DNA of 64,000 bases from Octopus vulgaris (taxonomy: Eukaryota), in the NCBI GenBank assembly GCA_951406725.2, contig OX597816.1:140430001-140494000 (forward strand), read 5' to 3'. Shown here one piece after another: positions 54,270 through 64,000 of the stretch; position 1 is the stretch's first letter, and every line of letters begins with the position of its first letter. Under the pieces are notes generated by a model. The model searched no databases. It had not been told where the DNA came from and worked only from the letters and a program-made list of their open reading frames with translations. A program made the position numbers and the translations under genes.

Positions 54270-54662
54270 GAGATGTACTTGTTTAGCAAGTGAGCTGATA
54301 TGAGACCGTATGTTTAAGCTAAAGCTATTACAGAGTGACAGACATAGCCTGGCTCTCCGTCGGTAACGACAACGTGTGTTCCAGTCGATATAATCAACCG
54401 AACAACCAGCTCGTGAAATTAACGCACAAGTGGCTGAGTACTCCACAGACGCGCGTACTCTTTAACGTGGTTCTCTGGGAGATTCAGCGTGACACAGAGT
54501 ATGACAAGGAAGGTTCTTTGAAATACAAGTACTATTAATTTTTGCCATCTGAGTGGACTGCAGCAACATGAAAGTGCCTTGCTCAAGGACACAACACGCG
54601 GGAAGCGAACCTATGACACTACGATCGTGACCCGAATCCCCTAAACCACTAAACCACGCGCC
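54270..54662 (-). mobile_element. SINE of another family
   Basis: Minus-strand tRNA-like head gcgcgtggtttagtggtttaggg..ggttcg followed by a gtgtccttgagcaaggcactt core. Confidence 0.7.
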
Positions 54663-54815
54663 TTGACAGTGAAAGCACAGACTGGCTATTCAAAAACACG
54701 TATAAAACGTATTACGTCTGCGCCTGTAATTCAAAAACAATCTTTGCACGGATTAACATATAAACAGGGCATTGCGTTATCCATAAGCAACAAAATCACT
54801 GATGGTGCACTGGAA

Positions 54816-55090
54816 TCTATATAAATAAAAGTGAGAATGTCTGTCTGTCTCTGTGTATGTGTGCATCACTAAAACTCAAGAACTACCAAACCAATTTCAT
54901 TCAAATTTTACATATGCCTTACTCGGGGTCAATGCAGCGTCATGGATGAACCAAAAACATGTTCAACTTCTTGCCTAATGCGAGCCGGGAGCAATCTCTT
55001 ATCTCTTACACTACTTCAGTATTACGTGTCAAATGTGAAACAATAACATCTCTATTGTAATGTGAAATATTACTTTCACTTTTAATAATG
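54816..55090 (+). mobile_element. 5' part of a non-autonomous Helitron-like element
   Basis: a|TCtatataaataaaagtgagaatgtctgtctgtc start typical of Helitron-N elements; no 3' CTAG end identified. Confidence 0.5.
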
Positions 55091-55231
55091 AAACTATTAA
55101 CAGTTTCACTTTGTATGTATGTACATATATATATATAATATATACATACATATATATATATATATATAAGTTCCGTTTCTATTACTTTCAATATGACATA
55201 TTTGTGTATGTATATGTATGTATACGTATGC

Positions 55232-55266
<35 letters not shown>

Positions 55267-55392
55267 TACATATATATGTGTGTGTGTGTGTGTATATTTG
55301 TGTCTGTGTTTGCTCCCCACCACCACCGCTTAGAAACCGATGTTGGTGTGTTTACGTCCCTAGCTTAGAGGTTAGGTAAAAGGGAGTAAAAG

Positions 55393-55438
<46 letters not shown>

Positions 55439-55449
55439 CACACACACAC

Positions 55450-55505
<56 letters not shown>

Positions 55506-55534
55506 ATATATATATATATATAATAAAAAAGTCT

Positions 55535-56435
55535 GCATACATCAATGACTGATACATCTGGACACACATCGGGTGTTTCGGGTCTTTCAACATCATACAC
55601 TCTCCTCCGGGTGACCCAGCTGGTGCTCATCAGACCCCAGCTTGTGTCCAGATGGCCAGCTAGCTACCCCATGGCTCTCCACTTTTGATCCACACCCTTC
55701 TGGAGACCCTCTCAGCTGCATCTGTGGTACTGCGGATTATCTTCCTCCTTCTCACTCCCTCGATGCTCAAACTGCTGACAGCTCTGGTCAGGGAACGGGA
55801 TGCAAAACCCCTGCACCCAACCTCCACTGGGAGACACCTCGCTCTCCAACCAACCCACGTACTAGGAGAGCTTTCTCTCAAAAGCTTCTTCCAGGCAATC
55901 TTCCTATAGGACAGTCAGCTCCAGCAGCACCACTTGCTTGGTGGACTCAGACACAAGGACAATGTCTGGTCGCAGAGTGGTGACCGCAATGTAGCCAGGG
56001 ATCTTCAGCTGACGCTCAAGATCCACTAGTGGCTGCCAGTCTCTTGCAGATGTTAGGATGCCCACCGATGTTTTTTTCTGGCAGGGGTTGGCTGTTCCCC
56101 CGGCTCTGACAAAAGCGATGGTTTTCTTGGAGGGTCGGAACCGCTTCGCCCACACGAGTCCCGCTCTGATGGCTTCAGCGATAGTGTTAACGACTTGGTC
56201 ATGCTTCCAGGTACCGTCCTTCTCCAAGTGCCACCGTACAGCAGCTGAGAATGTGTTCCAGGGTACCTTGCTTGGAACACAACGCGCATGCCGGTGTCTC
56301 TGGTATGCCCCATGTGTGCAGATTTGATGGGTTTGGAAGCATTTAAAGAATTTAATGCGGTGAGGCTCAGCATTCCACAGCTCAGCCCAGGTCACTTTCC
56401 TCTCAACCGCATTCTTCCATCTTGTCCAAGGTCCG
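55535..56435 (-). mobile_element. RLE-type (HERO-like) non-LTR retrotransposon 3' fragment
   Basis: CCHC-like CSKQGTLEHILSCC, KHDQV, TLRPDIVL..LLELTV and PVEVGCRGFA motifs; frameshifted; flanked by (TA)n. Confidence 0.85.
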
Positions 56436-56581
56436 TTATATATATATATATATACATATACATATACGAAAGAAGGTTTGAAAATACAATGCAATTTTAA
56501 AAGATGTTTATTTACTTTACCGGTTTCACTCCTTAGAAAAATATTGTCAAAAGTAACAGGTAAAAGTTTGGTTGTGTTAAT

Positions 56582-57000
56582 TATTGGTTGTCACAAAATG
56601 CTACAATACATATATACAGTCTTTGGTAACAAGAACATGTTAAGGTCATAAAAAAGTTTAACAAGTTCATAAAAATATTGGGCACAAAAGATTACAACAT
56701 AAATATACATTCTCAAGGCAATGTTAAAGATAGTTTCCAGAAGGAATTATTAAAAAGTTCAGTGGAATATTGGTATTGTATCTGTATATTCATACACGCA
56801 CAGAATATTGGTTGTCACAAAATACTACAATACATATATACAGTCTTTGGTAACAAGAACATGTTAAGAACATAAAAAAGTTTAACAAGTTCATTAAAAT
56901 ATTGGGCACAAAATATTACAACATATATATACATTCTCAAGGCAATGTTAAAGATAGTTTCCAGATGGAATTATTAAAAAGTTCAGTGGAATATTGGTAT
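56582..57000 (+). repeat. Direct tandem duplication, period 224 bp
   Basis: 56582-56775 is repeated at 56806-57000. Confidence 0.9.
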
Positions 57001-57420
57001 ACCTGGAAGGACTTGTCCCAAACTTTGGCATCGAGAGTTACACAAATGCCAGAACTGGGCGCCACTGCGTGGTGCCAAGGACTCCAAATTTGCCATCAAG
57101 ATGTAGGACAAGATACTGTGATAGCCTGGGCTTCCGAGGCCCACAGCTCTTCAATATCCTCCCGAAGAACCTAAGAGACCTGCATGGGGTGGATGCAGAT
57201 GTCTTTAAAATGAAACTGGATCTCTTCTTGTCAGGTCTCCCAGATGAACCAACTTCACGGCAGGAGGTGCAGATGAGGGCAGCTGCATCGAACTCTGTCA
57301 TGCACCAAATGGCAGTTGCTAAAAAGCATTCGTGAAGTAAAACCATGTAGCAACACCAAATGGCGGTGCCCCAGCATGGCCACAGCTCGTGAGCTGAAAC
57401 TAGAATCAATCAATCAATCA
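57000..57420 (+). mobile_element. LINE (CR1/L2 group) 3' fragment with (AATC)n tail
   Basis: RGPQLFNILPKNLRDL..FKMKLDLFLSGLPDEP C-terminal motif; its tail resembles the SINE tail. Confidence 0.8.
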
Positions 57421-57900
57421 TACCGTGGACCAGGTCAGTTTGAACTTGCCTACTACCATAATGTAAACCTTTTTGAACTCATAATATTCTGTGCGTGTAT
57501 ACCAATATTCCACTGAACTTTTTAATAATTCCTTCTGGAAACTATATTTAACTCGCACTCTATTGTAGCTATTTCTATTTTTCTTGTTGCTATCTTCATC
57601 ATTTTTTTCATAACGTCGGTTGTTAGTTCCACAGGCGGCATTAATTTCAGTGTATTTCCGTCTCTTTCCAGCAACTTCTCGCATTCCTTCATTTTTCGTG
57701 ATTCAACCTTTATTTCACGTACTTCCTGTGTTTCCGCGTCTATCCCTTTTTCAGCTGCAGCCGCATAACTGTGGCCACCTGCTGGCGTTTTCTCCATTTT
57801 TCCCCACAATGGGAAAAAAAACAACAATTCAAAATAACAACAATTTTAACATGACTTACGTCTAACACAACAAAAACAACTCAAACCGCCTGCAAAAACC

Positions 57901-58241
57901 AACGCCCGCCAAGGCAACGCCAACATCCTCTCAACGATTAGCCAGAAATGATTTTTAAAATGAGAATATCTGAAATGAACTCGACTGCTCTCACAAACGA
58001 GAATCCGACCGTTCTCAAAAATTAAGCAAAAAAAAAATAGGAAAAACAATCCAGAATCTTTGTCCGGTACCGGATTGATCCCAAAATCTAATTAGTTCAT
58101 GCCAGTCATGAGATCAAACATCCCTGAAAGTTTCATCCAAATCTATCCAGTGGTTCTTGAGATATCTTGTCCACGGACAAACAAGCAAACAAACAAACAC
58201 GACTGAAAACAATACCTCCGCCTTAACGAAGGCGGAGGTAA
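57901..58241 (-). mobile_element. Helentron/DINE-1-like element, second copy
   Basis: Reverse complement of 36758-37100. Confidence 0.65.
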
Positions 58242-58344
58242 TAAACCACAACACTAAATTAGCTTTTTTTTTATTAAAATAATCATTTTCCGGTTTAAAA
58301 GAATTTTTTTACAAATCATGAAGATGGGCGTTTATAAAACGCAG

Positions 58345-59820
58345 TGGGTACTTTCTTCTCAACCAACTTTCACTATTCTTTCAATTCTGTCACTCCAGAT
58401 CAGTGGCAAACTGTCAGTGTCATCCCTCTGTTCAAAAAAGGTGACCGCACATCGCCTGTCAACTATCGCCCTGTCAGTCTTACTAGCTGCATCGCCAAAC
58501 TGATGGAATCCTGTGTCAGAGAAACCCTCTGGAACTTCTGGAAGTCTCACAGCCTCATCCAACCGTCACAATTTGGATTTATTCCTAACTCTAGCTGCTG
58601 TAATCAACTCATCGAGTTTCTTGAGGACATTACTCGAATCACTGATGGCGGCTCCTGGGCAGATGTTGTTTACCTGGACTTTGCTAAGGATTTTAATTCT
58701 GTGCCACACAAAAGACTTATAGTGAAACTCTCTGCAATGGGTGTAAGAGATGATCTCTATAACTTGTTGAAGTCCATTATCGGCTGAAAAGAGGTTGTCA
58801 CAGTTCTAGGACAGCACTTTTCACCCTATGAGATGACATCTGGTATAACACAGGGATCTGTTCTTGGCCCCCTTTTATTTGTTGCATATATTAATGATAT
58901 AGATGCCAACTTAAAGAATGCCACAGTGCTGAAATATGCAGATGACATCAAGCTGTACCTTGAAATAAAGAGGACAGATCCTGTATACTATAGATCTTTA
59001 TTGCAATCAGACCTGGACACAATGCAACAATGGATCATGGACTGGCAACTTATGCTGGCTGTGGACAAATGTACCACCATGCATTTTGGGAGGGAAAAAC
59101 CCAGCATCTACTTACTCCCTCCACAACACTAATCTCAAAAAGTCTTCTTGTGAACGTGACCTGAGCATTATTGTTGGCAGCGATTTGCATTGGACAAAAC
59201 ACACTGCTAAAATTGCCAAGGCTGAGGGTGTCTTAGCATCACTTACCAAGTCCTTTGTGAGCCACTCTCCGGTTATCTGAGGCTTTATATAGCTATGGTG
59301 CGGCCTCACCGGTCTGGAACCCCTATCTTGCCCAGGATATTAATCGTCTGGAAACCGTTCAGCGAAGTGCAGCCAAAAGAATACCCTCCATCAGGCATTT
59401 GCATATTCTGAACACCTTACTTCCCTGAAACTCCAACATCTGGCAACTGACTTGGCAGACACCCATAAAATTACTAACCATCTTACTAACAATAACTCTG
59501 AGCACCTTTTCAAACTCCAGTTGTCTAACACCCGTGGACATGTTTACAAAGTAAGAAAATAGCACAGCTCCCATGACTTTCGGAAACATTTTTTCACGCT
59601 AAGAGTTGCCAACATCAGTTGTTAGCTGTTGGAGCATTGCATCCTTTAAAACTTCCATGCTTCCTGAGATTCGCCAACACTACACATGCAAGCATGTATC
59701 TGACTCATACACTGTTCACTTTCCAGGCATTTGTTCATTACTGCATATGCTTTACATGCACTTTTGACAAGTTGTAGTGCACCTGAACACTGTATACAAT
59801 AATTTCATTATTATTATTAT
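58345..59820 (+). mobile_element. CR1/L2-group LINE, 5'-truncated, degraded RT
   Basis: PLFKKGD..NYRPVSLTS, QFGF, YLDFAKDF, GITQGSVLGPLLF and YADD motifs; (TTA)n tail. Confidence 0.92.
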
Positions 59821-60306
59821 GATCAAAAACAAATTGTTTCTCTCAATATTTGCTATTCCTTATGACATAAATTTTCACATCATTTCAACAAGACATTTTG
59901 CATTACAATTGAAGACAACCAGACTTAATGGTTTTAATAAGATTTATTAATTAAACATAACATATTTCACAAAAAAAAAAACAATTTTATACATTCTTAT
60001 CTTATGATTTAAATTTAATCATTTGCAAAAACTCTTCTCTTTTCTTCTTGAAGTGGTTTTTTTGCATTTTGTTTTAAATTTTTATAAAAATATTCTTATA
60101 ATTGAAGGAAGAAAAAGGTGGTCCTTAAACTTTGGGAATCAAAGACATAAAAAATTAACTTGAGAAGGTAAAAATTATGTGAAAATAATTATTTGATTGA
60201 CAGCAACTTGAAAAATATCTATGTTAATGCATTTTTATTTTTTTTATTTATGATATGTTTTGTAAAATAAACGAAAATTTTTATTTTAGTAATGCCTTTT
60301 TTGAGG

Positions 60307-60347
<41 letters not shown>

Positions 60348-60594
60348 GCATGGCTGAATTATAAAGCTATTTACTCTGCAATCATGAAGTCCAGGATTTA
60401 GTTATATTTAGCTAAACATACTGTCACACATGAAATATATATATATATCTCATCATCATCATCATCATTTAGCGTCCGTTCTCCATGCTAGCATGGGTTA
60501 TAAAACAAAACTATTCTTTATAACCTAGATCTGTAATATGTAGGAATCAAACAGAAACAAGGAATGATCTTATAGTTTGAAATGTTAAGCAACA

Positions 60595-60684
60595 TTACAG
60601 ATTTGCTATGTTCTCAAAGAGTTTGGATAAACGTTGGCTCAACAGCATATTCCCAGATACTTTCAGTTTCCCAGAAAAGAAGGC
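60595..60684 (-). CDS. HSD17B4: Terminal coding exon of an SCP2-domain protein, most like peroxisomal multifunctional enzyme type 2; upstream exons probably lie beyond the window
   Basis: Long polypyrimidine tract plus CAG acceptor (60685-60687); phase-0 frame AFFSGKLKVSGNMLLSQRLSKLFENIANL*, resembling the remembered vertebrate HSD17B4 end AFFSGRLKARGNIMLSQKL..AKL. SCP2 or HSDL2 paralogues are not excluded. Confidence 0.78.
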   Translation of the reverse strand, partial: AFFSGKLKVSGNMLLSQRLSKLFENIANL

Positions 60685-61464
60685 CTGAAAAAATAATGAA
60701 TGAATGAATGAATGAAACAAACAAGCTAACAAACAAACAAAAGAAAGAAAAAAGAAAGAAATGAAAATAAGGAAGAAAGGAGGAAAGACAAAAGGAAGGA
60801 AAGAGAGAGAAAAAAAAAAGAAAGACCATAGTTATCTACAATAAATTGTAAAATGGCTGGTAAACAATAATCTATCAAACTCTCTCATTTGTTGATAACT
60901 TAATTTCAAGGTCAAGAAGAAGAACTGTTTTAATTCTTCTATGGTTGGAAAGAATCCAACAATTTGGTTTTCTTTGGTTCTTTCCAGTTCTGATACAAGA
61001 TTGAGAGACTGAAGAAGAGAGAGAGGCTGATAGAGACTGCTGCTGCTGCATAACTCCATGTCAGCCCCAATCCAGTAAACCTATGATTAAAGACATTCTA
61101 GATATGATCATTACCATCATTTAGCGTCCGTTTTCAATGCTGGCATGGGTTAGACGGTTTGACTGGAACTCGTACTGGTTTGGTTTCTATGGCTGGATGC
61201 CCTTCCTAACATCAATCATTCTAAGAGTGTAGTGAGTGCCTTTTATATGTCACCAGCACAGGTGGCTTGTACATGTGACTGGTACAAGTGCCTTTTAAAT
61301 ATTTTTCTAGATACAGTGTGTAGCACATCATTATCCAATGTGCCTCTTTTTAAAGTGGTACAGATGGTTTGAGAGAGATTTGCTATTTGGCTGCTATTTC
61401 TTAAACACCAAGCAATCACGTAGAGGAATCTTCATTAGCTTATAATTATAACATATAACAGATG

Positions 61465-61630
61465 CAAGTATGGCTGTGTGGTAAGAGGTTTGCTTTCCAA
61501 CCACATGGTTTCAGATTCAGTTCCACTGCATGGTACCTTGGGCAAGTGTCTTCTAAATACTACAGCCTTGGGCCAACAAAAGCCTTGTGAGTGGATTTGG
61601 TAGATGGAAACTGAAAGAAGCCCATCACAT
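61465..61630 (+). mobile_element. SINE 5' half
   Basis: Matches the 48954 family head and core. Confidence 0.8.
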
Positions 61631-61689
61631 ATATACACATATATAAAAGGTGTAGGTAGAAACTCCATAAGATGCATTCAGTGTAAGCT

Positions 61690-62400
61690 TTGGACACAAA
61701 CGGTGCAGCAACATCAGAGGAAGGTTAAGAGGGAAACTAGCTTTTGTATGTGGAAGATGCACAGGAACAATAAACACTGAAAATGCACAGAAAATAGACT
61801 CCATCAACTGCCAGGGAAGCAAGCTAGAGGTAGTAAATAGCATCTATTATCTAGGTGACCAAGTTAGTAATGGAGGTGGATGCTCCAAGAGCATAGCTGT
61901 GAGAATGATATTAAGCTGGGCAAAGTTCAGAGCTCCTGCTCCTGCTGAAAACAAAGGGCCTCTCTCTCAGAGTGAAAGGCAGATTGTTCAATGCCTGTGT
62001 GCAAACAGCTATGCTGCATGGCAGTGAAACATGAGCTATGACAACTGAGGACATGTGTAGGCTTGAGAGAAATGAAGCCAGTATGCTTCACTGGATGTGC
62101 AATGTCAGTGTACATGTTTGACACAGTGTAAGTATCTTGAGAGAAAAGTTAGGCATAAGAGGAATCAGATATGGTGTGCAAGAAAGATGACTGCACTAGT
62201 ATGGTCATGTGATGCATATTTACAAGGACAGATGTATAAAGAAGTGCTGATCTCTAACTGTGGAGGGAACCTGAGGTAGAGGTAGACCCAGGAAGACATG
62301 AGACAATGTGGTGATGCATGATCTTCAAACTTTGAGCCTCACAGAGGCAATAACTAGTGACCAAGACCTTTGGTGATGTGCTGTGCTTGAGAGGACCCGT
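61690..62400 (+). mobile_element. Degraded RTE-clade LINE fragment (intronic to the SCP2-domain gene)
   Basis: YYLGD, KGRLFNACVQTAMLHGSET, LERNEASMLHWMC and YGHVM motifs, with stops. Confidence 0.8.
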
Positions 62401-62449
62401 CAAGCCAAGTGCACCCAAGCTAGTGGCACGTAGAGAACATCTTTTGAAC

Positions 62450-62595
62450 ACTGGGCTTCACAGAGGCAAAGTGGATGAGTTCCATTCAAGCATTGGGCCT
62501 GATGGAGGCAAAATGGCTGAGTTTCTTTCGAGTGTTGGGCCTCATGGAGGCAAAGTAGCTGAGTTCTTTTTGAGTGCTGGGCCTCACGGAGACAA
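62450..62595 (+). repeat. Degenerate ~42-bp tandem repeat (~3.5 units) in the LINE 3' region
   Basis: Recurring tgggcctcatggaggcaaagtggctgagtt units. Confidence 0.65.
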
Positions 62596-62884
62596 TGACC
62601 AAGACCTTTGGCATTCTGTTGTGCTTGAGAAGACCCAGCAAGCTGAGCAAAATCACAGTTTTGGCAGATATTGGTGTCATGCAAATTGGCAACTGTGCCG
62701 GTGACACGTAAATGCACCCTAGTGTCAAGCAAATGGCATCTCGGAGTAGTTGGCATTAGGAAGGGCATTCAGCTGTAGAAAACCATGCCAAATCAAACTG
62801 GAGTCTGGTGTGGTTTTCCAGCATGCCAGTCCAGTCAAACAATCCAACCCATTCCAGCATGGACAACAGACATTAAATGTGTGT

Positions 62885-63105
62885 ATGCCTTTGTGTTTGT
62901 CCTCCACCACCGCTTGACAACCAGTGCTGGGGTGTTTACATTCCAATAACTTAGCAGTTCAGCAAAAGAGACTGATAGAATAAGTACCAGGCTTATAAAA
63001 AAAAATAAGTACCGGGATCAATTCATTTGAGTAGAAATTCTTCAAGGTGATGCCACAGCATGGCCACAGTCTAATGACTGAAACAAGTAAAAGATGAAAG
63101 ATAAA
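62885..63105 (+). mobile_element. SINE 3' half
   Basis: accaccgcttgacaacc..cagcatggccacagtctaatgactgaaac tail. Confidence 0.8.
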
Positions 63106-63893
63106 AGAGATACGTGTAATAGAAGCACTGTGAGCTGGCATTATGACATAGGAATGAGAACCACAAATATCATCCTCTATGTTATCCTACAGCACAACAC
63201 TGTCTCCTCAATTTTTAATTACAACCCAACTATTGCCAACAAAGAAACTAAGTCTAACAGCCAAATCACTATGCAAGCCATAGATCTATTCCATTGTCTC
63301 GACCATGGTCGAACAATGATGATGATGATAGATCTATTTCATCAGAACTGGCCTGAAACTCTTTGTTAAAGACACTTATTCTCTTCAATGCAATGATCCC
63401 AGTCAACTGATAAATCCAGTATATTCATTGCAGAAAATTAAGAAATACAGAATATGCAGATGTAAATTACAAATTATCATGAACATCATCATCAACATTT
63501 AATGTCCATTTTTCATGCTGGCAGAGATTGGACAGGAATTGGCAAGGCCAGGGGCCACACCAAGTTCAATAATCTGTTTTGACTTGGTTTCTGTAGCTGG
63601 ATGCCCTTCCTAATGCCAACCACTCTACAAAGTGTACTTGATGCTTTTTATGTGGCATCATCACCAGTACTTTTTATGTGGTACCAGCACCAGTGCTTTT
63701 ATGTAACACCCATACCAGTCCTTTTTCCATGTCACCAGCACCAGTGCTTTTTATGTGGAACCGGTGCCAGCATCCACATCAATGCTTTTTATGTAGCACC
63801 TTCATCTTAGGATCTCAATTCTATTATGATAATGTATATATGATGGGTATAATGGAGAGAGGGGAGAAGTATTCTAAAATCTTGGTTAACATA

Positions 63894-64000
63894 CGAGGGG
63901 TTGTTGGAAAGTTCCTGGCTTTAAGGGCATTGCAAAAAGCCTGATTGGAGGCCAAACCTTCTGAGTTCTTTTACAGGGCTTAGAAAAATGAATGACCACT
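63894..64000. mobile_element. Probable start of a mariner-type element running out of the window
   Basis: TA-CGAGGGG..GAAAGTTCC terminus similar to the TIR start at 25169; the other end is not visible. Confidence 0.45.

Noticed and set aside
60614-61059. ORFs 60614-60829 and 60832-61059 as genes
   Set aside because: The first is a polypyrimidine tract plus the wrong frame of the SCP2 exon; the second has no recognisable motif.

Overview
AT-rich, repeat-dense animal genomic DNA. The SINE, microsatellite and transposon content and the gene style suggest a cephalopod (octopus-like); this is an inference. The left 29 kb holds a ~16-kb tandem duplication (1-11835 matches 16106-29190). Each copy carries an intact gene of four coding exons encoding a secreted tyrosinase (type-3 copper sites) with a Thr-rich linker and a C-terminal chitin-binding type-2-like domain (748 and 736 aa). 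The ORF track misses exons 2 and 4. Between the genes lies an RT-less Ty3/Gypsy LTR element, whose 3' end also opens the window. Both copies end in a Penelope-like element carrying a minimal hammerhead ribozyme, and only copy 2 has a mariner insertion. The region 29-60 kb is intergenic and full of decayed transposons. It also contains five diverged, co-oriented copies of an E-box-bearing module that otherwise sits ~1.4 kb upstream of each tyrosinase ATG, the most unexplained signal in the window. At 60.6 kb the terminal exon of a minus-strand SCP2-domain gene (HSD17B4-like, ending -ANL) converges on the tyrosinase pair. All alignments and counts were made by eye.
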